Part shown: piece by piece, positions 36,200-48,597 of the stretch
How positions within the stretch are numbered: position 1 is the stretch's first letter
How the letters are laid out: the number at the start of each line of letters is the position of its first letter
Assembly: GCA_951406725.2 (NCBI GenBank)
Contig: OX597824.1
Location: 71,238,001-71,302,000, forward strand
DNA length: 64,000 nt
Source: Octopus vulgaris
Lineage: Eukaryota
Reading direction: 5' to 3'
Translations under genes and position numbers: made by a program
Notes under the pieces: generated by a model
The model's input: only the letters and a program-made list of their open reading frames with translations
Database searches by the model: none
Told to the model about the DNA's origin: nothing

Positions 36200-36820
36200 C
36201 TGGCCTTGTGCCAAATTATAATGATTGATTGATTGATTGATTCTAGTTTCAGCTTATGAGCTGTGGCCATGCTGGGGCACCGCCATTTGGTGTTGCTACT
36301 TGGTTTCACTTCATGGAGGCTTTCTAGCAACTGCTATTTGGTGCATGAGAGAGTTCGATGCAGCTGCCCTCATCTGCCCCTCCTGCCGTGAAGTTGGTTC
36401 ATCTGGGACACCTGACAGGAAGAGATCCAGCTTCATTTTAAAGACATCTGTATCCACCCCATGCAGGTCTCTCTATTCCATGCTTCAGCAACTCTGAGCG
36501 TGAAAAAATGTTTCAGAAAGTCATGGGAGCTGTGTTGTTTTCTGACTTTGTAGGCATGTCCACGTGTGTTAGACACACGGAGATCAAAAAGGTGTTCAGT
36601 GTTGTTGTTAGTGAGGTGGTTGATAACTTTGTGGGTGTTTACCAAGTCCGTCGCCAGACGCCGGAGCTTCAGTGAATCCATGCCCAGGGAAACAAGGCGC
36701 TCAGAATATGGTAGGTGTCTGATGGAGGGTATGCGTTTGGTTGCACATCTCTGGACAGATTCCAGGAGGTCAATGTTCTGAGCAAGATAGGGGTTCCAAA
36801 CTGATGATGCGAATTCCAAA
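36200..36820 (-). mobile_element. CR1/L2-group LINE 3' fragment
   Basis: EFASSVWNPY...LLESVQR.ATK...YSERLVSLG..SLKLRR...NTRGH...FFTLRV...WN; (ATCA)n tail near 36225-36240. Confidence 0.85.
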
Positions 36821-37035
36821 GGGGTAGTTTATCCTGTTTGGGCTATATTATTAGCATTATCTTGCATTTGAGAATTTAAAGAAATCACTTCTTTAACTTT
36901 CTAAGACATCTCAACACTTCTAAAGCAAACTTCGTTTGTTTGTTTACTTTCATTGTAATTTGAATTTAACGTACTATAGCATCTCATAAATCAAGATTTC
37001 TGTATATCTTAAATTTGCGGAAGAATTTGTGGTGA

Positions 37036-37114
37036 GGGCAGTTTAGCTTAAAGGTCAAAGCACCAAGACGCATAATCATGGGGGAGTGAATTTGAGTCTC
37101 GTAGCTGGCCGCCA
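37036..37114 (+). pseudogene. Degenerate tRNA-like sequence (CAT anticodon) ending in CCA and followed by a T6 run
   Basis: Partial cloverleaf: GCTT/AAGC D-stem, CAAGA-CGCATAA-TCATG anticodon arm, degenerate T arm. Confidence 0.4.
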
Positions 37115-37662
37115 ACGCTTTTTTCTGCAAAATAGGGGTAGTTTATCCTGTTCAGGCTATATTATTAGCATTATCCTGCGTTGGAGAATTTTAAAAAATC
37201 ACTTCTTTAACTATAAAGTAGTTATTATTAGTAGTAATACTAAGGTGGCAGGCTAGCAGAATTATTAGCGCACCAACCAAAATGCTTAACAGCATTTCGC
37301 CCAGCTTTACATTCAAAGTTCAAATTCTGCCAAGATCGACTCAGCCTGTCATTCTTCTGAGATCAATAAATTAAGTACCAATTGAACACTGAATTCAATG
37401 TAATCAGCTAGCCTCTTCCCTCATAAATTCCAGGCCTTGTGCCTGTAGCAGAAAGGATTCATCATCATCATCATCATCATCATCATCGTTTAGCGTCCGC
37501 TTTCCATGCTGGCATGGGTTGGACGGTGCAACTGGGGTCTGGGAAGCCAGAAGGCTGCACCAGGCCCAGTCTGATCTGGCAATGTTTCTACGGCTGCATG
37601 CCCTTCCTAACGCCAACCACTCCATGAGTGAAGTGGGTGCTTTTTACGTGCCACCGGCACAG

Positions 37663-37693
<31 letters not shown>

Positions 37694-39865
37694 GTAGTAG
37701 TAGTAGTAGTAGTAGTAGCAGCAGCAGCAGCAGCAGCAGCAGCATTTCTATTTATAGTTATTTATTTATCCATTGCATTGTGTTATCTCAGAGGAATGGA
37801 TTTTGAGATTAACTTCTGTTACATTCTTGGCATAATAAACTCTATTTATTCTTTTTCAAGTCTCCATAATTGTAGTTGAGACTTGGAAAGTAAAAAAAAA
37901 AAGCACAGGATTTTTCACTGTGAGAAAATGTTGCAGAGGGGTTTCTTGTCAGAATAGAAAGAAAATATTACTGTGAGGTGGTGCCAGCCAGCTTGACAAA
38001 CACACTGCCACAGTAACATTATATTGAAAAAATAAACATAAGATACATGCATATATACACACATACAAACAATGTGGTCCTGGCTGCACTGTCTCTGAAA
38101 ACAAGGTGGGACAGCCATGTATGGTCATTACTTTTGATTGTAAGTCTGCTTTATATGAGCAGACCTGGGGTTAAACAACATCACCAACAAGTACTCACCA
38201 AACAATCCATGATACCTTTGCCAAAAATAAACAGAAAATAGTGATTATATAGCAAACAGTCCCCCTAAACTGAGATAAATAGATAAACAAATAAATAAAT
38301 CTCAAAGAAAAAAAAGTACTTGAAAAAGAAAAACTGACTCATAGTTTCCTCTCTTTTCACTACCCACCAAAATCAACTCCCAGCCCCTACAAACAGGGAG
38401 AGGCTCTGGCATCTGATCTTTGAGACAATGTATCGTTTGTGCTGACAAGAAATTTTTATAATAGCTCAAACAAAGCTAACACCTGGTGGTAGTGGTAGTG
38501 GGGGTGGGGTGATGGGGTGGTGGTGGTGGTTGGGGTAGGGGCTTGTGGTGGTACTACTCCCTTACTTCTGTTCTGGAACCAAAGAATGCTGATGTGTAAA
38601 ATCCCTCTTAGTAAACATTAGACCACCACGTGTATAGCACTCATGCTCATACATACAGACACTCAAAACATTATGCAATATGCACATAAAAGCATGCACA
38701 CACGTGTACATGTACACACATACACACACACACACGCGCATGTGCACACTCACACACACACATACACATTCATTCATTATCGACAGGCCCCCTCCCCCAA
38801 AATTTCTGGCCTAGTGCCTAGAGTAGAAAAGATTAAGGCAGTGAGCTGGCAGAATTGTTAGAATGCCAGGCAAAATGCTTGGCGGCATTTCGCCCATCTT
38901 TATGTTCAGAGTTCAAATTCTGCTGAGGTCGACTTTGCTTTTCATCCTATCAGTGTCAATAAATTAAGTACCAGTCAAGTAATGGGGTCAGTGTAATTGA
39001 CTTGCCTTCTTCCCACAAATTTCAGGCAATGTGCTTACAGTAAAAAGGATTATGGTACAACTGCTACTGCTGCTGTTAGGAGGAGGGGGGAGGAGGAGGA
39101 GGAGGAGGTATTGGTGGAAGCAGTGGTAGTGTCAGCAGCATTGTCAATTTAGATGTAATATAGCAGAAGTGAAAGCAGCAAGCTGGCAGAATCATTAGCA
39201 TGCTGAGCAAAACATTCAGTGACATTTCGACTGTCTTTACATTCTGAGTTCAAATGCCACCAAGGTTGACTTTGCCTTCCATCCTTTCGGGGTCGGGGTC
39301 GATGAAATAAGTACCTGTTGAACACTAGAGTCAATCTAATTGACCTATCCCTACTCTGAAATAGCTGGCCTTTTGCCAAAAGTTAAAAGCAATGCAGCAG
39401 AAGTGTGTGTGTGTGTGTGTGTTAGAGGGATCTGTTGTCATTGTTTCTTATTCACATGGTAGTCGTGATTGACCAGTCTTTGGACGAAAGGAAAAGTCAA
39501 CTCCAAACACAATTTGAACTCAGAACATATAGGATCATAACATAACAAACCCCAAATCTCTTTTGTCTGTCACTTGAGGTACACTGAATAATGGTTTCAA
39601 ATTAAGACACAAGGCCAGCAATTTTAGGGGAGTGATAAGTTGGTTACATCACCCCCAGTGTACAACTGGTACTTATTTTATCCACCCTGAAAGGAAAAAA
39701 GACACAGTCAACCTCAGCAGAATTTGAACTCAGAACACGTAGACAGATGAAATGCCATTAAGCATTTTGCCTGATGTGCTAATGATTCCACCAGCTCACT
39801 GTCTTAGCTACACTGAATTTTGCCTGTTGATAACATTATTATACTGCCTCTTCTTTATTCTTATC

Positions 39866-40282
39866 AGATCTTTTCGGTTTGAACGGCAGTTTTTTCTAGC
39901 GGTGTCATATGAAATTGTCACCCATAATTATGACCCTAGTATCGATCTATTGCATTTCAATCTGTTTTAGGGTTAGGGTTAGGGTTAGGGGTGGGGAAAG
40001 GGTATCTTTTTTTTCTTCACAAATGTAAATAAATCCTATCTGTTTCTTAAACGAGGGACATATTTATACGGCACAGAATGTTTTTTTACCTCAATAGATG
40101 TCAGTGATTGGTTGAAATTGAAGAAAAAGACAACAACAAATATCTTACAAACTATAGAATTTTCTCAATAAAGCCAAGAGAAAAAGATGTTTTATAAACA
40201 CATTCTACCAGTATACGAAGTTTAAAATTTTTTAGTTACCTAGAAATTATGTTAAAAACCGCCGTTCAAGCCGAAAAGATCC
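39866..40282. mobile_element. MITE with about 28-bp TIRs, 8-bp TSD (TTCTTATC) and an internal (TTAGGG)4; Merlin/hAT-like
   Basis: gatcttttcggtttgaacggcagttttt ... aaaaaccgccgttcaagccgaaaagatc; TSD at 39858-39865 and 40283-40290. Confidence 0.85.
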
Positions 40283-40967
40283 TTCTTATCTCTATCCTGA
40301 GCTTCAAAAGGCTATGTATGCAGTGTAACCTAATTGTTAGGGTGTTGCACACTCAATTGTAAGATTAGGGTTTTGATTCCCAAACTGGTTAGTGTATTGC
40401 GTTTTTGAGCAAAACACTTCCTTTCAAGTTGCTCCACTCCACTCAGCTGTAAATGAGTTCCAACAATAGCTGGGAAGTTAATCTTGCAACAGACCAGCAG
40501 CCTATTCAGTGAGGAGTATCGTATTTTCAATCATATATGCCATAGAAACCAGGTTAAGTCCAGCTTTATGAGTCCTAAGACTCATAATAGACACAAATCT
40601 TAAGTAAGTCTAGTGAGAGAAAAAGAAAGGCAGTACCCATCAGGGCCTATAAGGTGGGGGGGTCACCTGGTACATTAGTCTAGAATAGAGAGATGATCTA
40701 AGGATGGGGTCTATGACTATATAACAAGGATGCTACCTTAAAAAAAAGGATGAAATTTCACTGCCTTATTGAATTTTAAGAGAACCCCCACTCATCACTG
40801 GAACTGAAATGTAGTCTTATTCCACCTTGTATATTATTCTCGGTGGCTCCCAGTAAACCTTTGACATTATTGCAGAGAGTCCTCTTGCACTGGTGAGGAA
40901 GAGGAAGAATCCTCATTAACCCATCAAGGCTTCTCTGTAATAATTAATTTTACATTTGTCTATGGCC

Positions 40968-41390
40968 TCTTTTACTTTTTTACATGTTTCAGTCATTTGA
41001 CTGCAGCCATACTGGAGCACTGCCTTTAGTTGAGCAAATCGACCCCAGTACTTATTCTTTATAAGCCTAGTATTTATTCTATTGTCTCTTTTGCCGAATC
41101 GCTAAGTTACGGGGACGTAAACACACCTGCATTGGTTGTCAAGCGATGCTGGGGGGACAAACACAGACACACACACACACACACACACAAATATATATAT
41201 ATATATATATATATATGCATATATACGACGGGCTTCTTTCAGTTTCCGTTTACCAAATCCACTCACAAGGCTTTGGTTGGCCCGAGGCTATAGTAGAAGA
41301 CACTTGCCCATGGTGCCACGCAGTGGGACTAAACCCGGAACCATGTGGTTGGTAAGCAAGCTACTTACCACACAGCCACTCCTGCGCCTA
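40968..41390 (-). mobile_element. SINE family A, full-length copy
   Basis: Reverse complement of the 7036 copy. Confidence 0.88.
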
Positions 41391-42130
41391 TGTAGCTTTT
41401 TAATATATCTTACATGTAAAAATATCCCTGCACATCCTTACATTTCCATCACTGTCGTTGTTTATGTAAGAAAAAAATTCAACAGATTGTGACACAAAAG
41501 ACTATCAAAAAGTCATTAGCTGTTTAATGGCCCTCAAATACATTCAAATTGAAAAATTTTCAGGAATGATCCAAGACTCAAAGTACACTTCAGTAGTTCT
41601 CCTGTGACCACAGCACAACTGTTACCATCCCTCGCTCTATATGGTTGCTCAACCTACTAGAGCCAGTAGCCAAATCTACTTAAATCACACCCTACCATCT
41701 ATAATAATAATAATAATGTCTGTCCATCTCAGTCTATATTTGCTCTACATAGACATATTATACCTTTTTGAAATCAGGATGATCCCGGGATTGAAAAATC
41801 TGCCCTTCATTTGGTTCATGAACGTCCAGCATTGAGATCTGATTTAAAAGCAATAGGGTTGCTATTTCTAGCAGGTAAAGTTTGGCTGATTCATGCTATC
41901 TTGGTTAGCACTTGTCGGATGACGTCAGAGATTAAGGGGGAGATACATGACATTTGCTTCATTAATTTTACATTGAGATAAGAACTTTGGGACAAACTGG
42001 TTCACAGTTGGAATTCAACCTGGGACTGGAACAATAGAATGATTGCATTACAGAATTAATTCTCATCCGTCCTTAACCTCTGATCAAACACCACCGGGGC
42101 ATATAGTCATTATAGACATATTATAGTCAT

Positions 42131-42636
42131 AATACAGTTCTGTATTTAAGAGATGAGGAATTATGTACATTATTTACATATGACAGATATTTGTCCTCAT
42201 CTTGTTTGTTGTTAACACGTTTTCGGCTGATATACTCTCCAGCCTTCATCAGGTGCCTTGGGGAAATTTCGAACCTGGGTTCTCATTCCTAAGGTATTTT
42301 TCAATGTTGTTGTTGTTGTTATTCAGGTCACTGCCTGGAATTGAACTCAGAATCTTGGGGTTAGTAGCCTGCGCTCTTAACCGCTATGCCATATGCCCAT
42401 GAGCATATGGCATAGTGGTTAAGAGCGCGGGTTACTAACCCCAAGATTCTGAGTTCAATTCCAGGCAGTGACCTGAATAATAATAATAACAACATCAAAA
42501 AATACCTTAAGAATACCCAGGTTTGAAATTTCCCCAAGATACCTGATAAAGGCTGTAGGGTATATCAGCCAAAATGTGTTAACAACAAGCAAGATGAGGA
42601 CAAATATCCGTCAATTGTAAATAATGTAAATAATGT
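42131..42636. mobile_element. Palindromic element: head-to-head tRNA-like heads with Penelope-type hammerhead tails, 13-bp TSD
   Basis: Arms of about 230 bp centred at 42399/42400; TSD atattatagtcat at 42118-42130 and 42637-42649; A/B boxes; CTGATGA-stem-GAAA on the minus strand at 42221-42252. Confidence 0.8.
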
Positions 42637-43562
42637 ATATTATAGTCATGCTATTTAGTTCCCTTCAGTTTAGCCCTCCACAGGAGCCAGCTTAAAAGTC
42701 CACAAAGAGTGCGGCTTTTAAGCTACTTTTAACTAAAGATAAACACACTGGACAATATAGTCCTTGATGTACATACAAAATGATGTGATGGTCAATACTG
42801 GAGCATCTTCAGTCATAAATTTGTTCAATGATGGCTACCCTGGGACTTGACTGCAACAACAATACCAACAACACTATTACATCAATAAAATTAATACCAG
42901 TCAGCTACTGGTGACAGCATGGATATAACCTACAGTTCCTTGTTCCTTTACTGCCATCACAACCACCACCACCATCATCATCAACATTATCATCACCGCT
43001 GCCATCACCTCCTTTGAAATTCAAGGCCTTGAGCCTATGTTTAGAAATCAATTAAACTGACGGGGGACATTTTGGTCATATTTACAGCCGCAGTGCACTC
43101 CAGTGCATGTGGAAGTTGTGGATTTTTTTACTGTGCTATTTCATGGTGGTGATGGTGGCGTTACTTGATAGTGTTGTAAGGTACAGAAGAGAAGGAGAAA
43201 GGTGATGGTAGAGCAGTGGAATGGAGAAGACAAAGGTTCACTGTGACCATCTATTGGATTTGCTAATGTAACTTATTACAATGGAAGCCACCACCACCAC
43301 CACCATCAGTGACCTCTTTCTGTTAGGTCATCAGGTCATTCAGTTGTGTTTTTTTAGTCTGTTCTTCCTATATGACCAAGGCTATACCGAGGCACCACCT
43401 TGGAGGATTTAATCGAACAAGGCAACCCTCGCACTTATTTGTAAGTGTGGTAGTTATTCCATCAGTCTCTTTTGAGCTGCAATGTAAGGGGAATGTAAAC
43501 TAACCAACACCAGTTCTTAAACAGTAGTGGGGGAAAAAACAGACACACATACATACATACAT

Positions 43563-43615
<53 letters not shown>

Positions 43616-43665
43616 ATGTACATACATACATATATACATACATGCATACATACATACATATATAT

Positions 43666-43717
<52 letters not shown>

Positions 43718-43922
43718 CTAATTATATACTATTTATTTATTATTTCATACTTTATTTAGTCCTATCTTTAATTTTTTTCTATATGGTATGATTTAAGTAT
43801 ATCATTGTTGAATTGCTATATGGTGGTTCTTCTCTAATTTATATACATGTATTATATATTGTGAAATTTGATTTACTATTACTAAATTGAATTTTTCCCT
43901 GTAAGTTTGGAATCATATTCCC

Positions 43923-43970
<48 letters not shown>

Positions 43971-44283
43971 CGTGATCACCGTGATCGACCAGGCTATCAG
44001 ATGTTGCTACACATCGCTGGTCACAATGCGCTTCGCATTGTTTTAGCCTTCAAATGACGCCACCCCGCTGGCTAAGCGAGCAGGCCAACAGAAGAAAGAG
44101 TGAGAGAAAGTTGTAGCGAAAGAGTACAGCAGGGATCGCCACCACCCCCTGCCGGAGCCTCATGGAGCTTTAGGTGTTTTCGCTCAATAAACACTCACAA
44201 CGCCTGGTCTGGGAATCGAAACTGCGATCCTACGACTGCGAGTCCGCTGCCCTAACCACTGGGCCATTACGCCTCCACATATA

Positions 44284-44319
<36 letters not shown>

Positions 44320-44729
44320 TGTATGTATATGTATATATATATATATAAGCAAAGTAGCTAGTTAGGAAATTTTTTTATAAGAGATGAAAGTAGTAAATAT
44401 GCTGAGAAGTAATGTTTATCACCACATCATTATGGCTGTCCCATAGGAATCGATGTTACTACTGTTTTTAACCCCAGGAAGAACCTCCTCCATCTGGTTA
44501 TGAATGCAATTTGCACCCAATATATATTGCAAGCAGAGGAGCGAACCCCTATATATATATACATTTATTTATATATATAACAAGGAAAGAATAATAGAGT
44601 CAAAAGGAAGAGGGAGTATGATTCGGCAGCTGTTTAATGACCACTACACATATTTCAATACAACAAGCTCTATTTTGTACTCTAATATATTCTTAATGGA
44701 ATACACCTCAACTATATATATATATATAG

Positions 44730-44912
44730 GGAGAATTCACAAAAAAAAACAAAAGACGAAGACAGGTGGTGTAGGCAACAAACAGATGTATTAGTATAAC
44801 GCTTGGGAAATGAAAAGGTCTTTAACGTTTCGAGCCTACGCTCTTCCACAGAAAGGAACACACAAAGAAACAAGGAGAGAAAATAAAGAATGTGTAGTGG
44901 CTAGTGATCTAC
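44730..44912 (-). mobile_element. Short Penelope-LTR-like repeat with a hammerhead-like core
   Basis: Minus strand reads cttt CTGTGGA a gagc gtag gctc GAAA cgtt aaag; homologous copies at 48412-48545 (+) and, split by a SINE, at 32745-33320. Confidence 0.6.
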
Positions 44913-45862
44913 ACACACATATATGTGTGTTTGTGTATGTGTATGTGTGGTGGTGGTGGTGGTGATAATGGTAGTGGTTATTTAGCACCAAATCAACTCT
45001 AATCTAATTGATCTGTGATATTTTAGAGCCTGGACAGCTCTCCGGCTGGCCAGCTTCTGTCAAATCGTCCAACCCATGCCATCATGGCAAACAGATGTTA
45101 AACTATGATGATGATGGTGATAATGAGGATGATGATGAGGATGAGGAGGAGGATAGTGATGAGGATGATGACAGGGCAACCCAGAATCACATTATCAATG
45201 TGTTCTTTAAGGTGCTAGAAAGTGACGTGAAAGAATTCAACTGCTGTTTCTAGCAAGCTGAGTAACCCCCATGTTGGTGGTGGTGGGTCGTTGGGACTGT
45301 CTCTCAGCTTAAGTGAAGGGAGTAAAGGATTGACGACATTATGTAAAGCTCTCTTAGCAGAATGCATCATGGGATATGTATTTCTGGTGCATTTCTGATT
45401 TCTGATGTTCACCTGAACTAAATCATGGCTTTGGGTCATTTGGTGTTGAAAGACCATAGAAGAGTGTGAGGGTGGGGGAATCGGAATCATAGTTTTTTTG
45501 TACATTTTCTCATTCTTTTCTTTCCTTTTTGTTTTCCTTGGCAGCCATCTTTATTCTTTGGAGTTTCTATATTTGATTTAATTTTGTTAGTTGTTTTTTT
45601 TTTTAGTGGCAAACAGAAAAATTAAACAAAAAAAGAGAGAGAGAGAGAGACAAAGTGAAGGGACCAAAAGGGTCGAAATATTTACTTATCTTTCTTTCTT
45701 GTTCCTTTTTATCCTTCTTTATTTTGTTATTTCAGTAGCACTTCTAAGCATTCTTGTCTCGTCCCTGCCCCTTGCTCTCCCACTCAGCTCTCTCTCTCTT
45801 TCTCTTTCTCTTTCTCTCCTTCTCTCTGCATACACACACACACACACACATGCACACACACA

Positions 45863-45903
<41 letters not shown>

Positions 45904-46096
45904 TCACAGATTACCACACTATGTTTTCTCTACCTCCCTTCTGTCCTCTTCCACCCATATCCCTTGTTTGTTTAGTTATGTTCTTATTTTTGTAAAATAA
46001 GGGGTTTGCATTTTTGCTTGGGTGCAGTTTTATTTTATTTTATCCTTTTTTTGTCTCTTTTTCATGTGGTGTAATGGGGCACAGTGTGAAACATTG

Positions 46097-46219
46097 TCGT
46101 TGTTGTTGTTGTTGTTATTGTTGTTGTTATTATTATTATTATTATTATTATCATCATCATTATTATTGTCGTTGTTGTTATTCTTATTATTATATTATTA
46201 TTATTATTATTATTGTTAT

Positions 46220-46265
<46 letters not shown>

Positions 46266-46477
46266 CATCATTATTATTATTATTGTCGTTGTTGTTATTA
46301 TTATTCTTCTTCTTATTATTATTATTTATTATTATTATCATCATCATTATTATTATTATTATCATCGTTGTTATTATTATTGTTGTTGTTGTTGTTGTTG
46401 TTATTATTATTATTATTATCATTATTATTATTATTGTCGTTATTGTTTTATTATTATTATTATTATTGTCATTGTTG

Positions 46478-46511
<34 letters not shown>

Positions 46512-46580
46512 CATCATTGTTGTCATCATCATCATCATCATCTTCATTATCATCATTAGTTTTATTATTTTGTTGTTGCT
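46097..46580. repeat. About 480-bp mosaic trinucleotide array (TTA/TTG/TCA)
   Basis: Direct reading. Confidence 0.95.
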
Positions 46581-47638
46581 GTTCTTATTGTCTTAAGCCC
46601 CTTTACTCCTCACCACAGTAGATGGAGAAATGGTGGACAGGGGATGCGGGGGATGCGGGGACAAGGGATACATTTCAGTGCAAAACTTTAGCTCAAGAAT
46701 TTGTCTGCCTATCTCTACCTGCCTGTCTGTTTGTCTGTCTGTCTGCCTGTCTATCCATCAGTCAGTCAGTTATTTGGTCTCTCTTTCTTTGTCTCTCTCT
46801 CTTTCTTTCTTTCTCTCTCCCCCCCTCTCTCTCTCTCTCTTTCTCTCATCTCTCTCTATGTTTGTCCACCTGTGTCTCATGTCAACATCATAAGACAATT
46901 CTTATTAGTCAGACACTCGATTTTTCACCTTTGAGCAGCTTGGATACTTTTGTTCTGCTAAAACAATTTTGGGGGAAAAAAAACTCCGCTATATTAAGGG
47001 ACCAAATCTAAAAGGTAACAAATATCTCTGCTTATTCCTTACATCACATCACAATGCACTTATATAATATATGCAAAGGCCATTCCAAAATATCTCACCT
47101 TACCATCAGAAATAAGGAAACATTACACACACACACACACACATACATACATATATTATATATATATACATAATACATACATACATAATACATACATACA
47201 TACATTTCATAACATACATATGAATATATATACATCTGTGTATATATGTATCTGTGTGTGTGTGTATTCTCTTATTCTTTTACTTGTTTCAGTCATTTGA
47301 CTGCGACCATGCTGGAGTACCACCCTGAAGGGTTTTAGTCAAACAAATCGACCCTAGGACTTATTTTTTAAGCTTAATACTTATTCTATTAGTCTCTTTT
47401 GCCAAACTGCTATGTTACGGGCACTAACACCGGGCATCAAGCAGTGAAGGGGAGGACAAACACAGACACAAAGACATACACACTCAGGTCTACAGACACA
47501 TATATATACATCTACCAAATTCACTCAAGGCTTTGATCAACCTAAAGCTATAATAGAAGTCACTTGCCCAAAGCGCCGTGCAGTGGCACTGAAACCAGAA
47601 CCATGTAATTAGGAAGCAGGCTTCTACCACACAGCCAC

Positions 47639-47682
<44 letters not shown>

Positions 47683-47683
47683 T

Positions 47684-47724
<41 letters not shown>

Positions 47725-47984
47725 AACACATGTATATGCATTTCAAAATAGATTATGTTTGTAAAAACAAAAAAACGGTATGGTCATGGTTGGAAAGCTT
47801 TAACAACAAACCGACAAGGATTTATGAGGAACTCTTATAACTTTTCAACATAGTTCACTAAGTTTTTGATATCTCACTTCGTTTTTATGTTCTTCACAAA
47901 CAAGCACACATGCATTCATACAGACACACACACACACATATACTTTTACTTTTACTTGCTTCAGTCATTTGACCGTGGCCATGT

Positions 47985-48109
47985 TTATATATATAAATAT
48001 ATATATATATAAACATATAAATAAACATATATATACATATGTGTTGATATATATATATTTACTTAATCTTTACTTTTTAATTATATTTATATATATTTAT
48101 ATTTATATA

Positions 48110-48183
<74 letters not shown>

Positions 48184-48332
48184 GTATGTATATATACATA
48201 TATATATGTATATATATATTTATATATATGTGTATATATATATATATGTATGTATGTATATAAATATATGTGTGTATATATATGTATATAATTATATGTG
48301 TATGTATATATATGTATGTATGTATATATGTA

Positions 48333-48393
<61 letters not shown>

Positions 48394-48410
48394 GTGTATA
48401 TATATATATA
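47985..48410. repeat. Long degenerate (TA)n/(TATG)n array
   Basis: Direct reading. Confidence 0.95.
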
Positions 48411-48411
48411 T

Positions 48412-48545
48412 AGTGTTCCTTTCTGTGGAAGAGCGTAGGCTCGAAACATTAAAGACTTTTTCACTTCCCGGGCATTATACATATACCTTTGTTTGTTGTC
48501 TACACCACCTGTCTTCGTCTTTCATTTTTTTTGTGAATTCTCCCT
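48412..48545 (+). mobile_element. Second copy of the hammerhead-like short repeat, inside a (TA)n array
   Basis: Reverse complement of about 44730-44860. Confidence 0.6.
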
Positions 48546-48548
48546 ATA

Positions 48549-48597
<49 letters not shown>

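Noticed and set aside
39967-39996. TTAGGG repeats as a true telomere or fusion scar
   Set aside because: Only four units, lying inside a TIR/TSD-bounded MITE.
42401-42472. Functional tRNA gene
   Set aside because: Acceptor and anticodon stems are imperfect and it is embedded in a repeat; treated as a SINE-type head.
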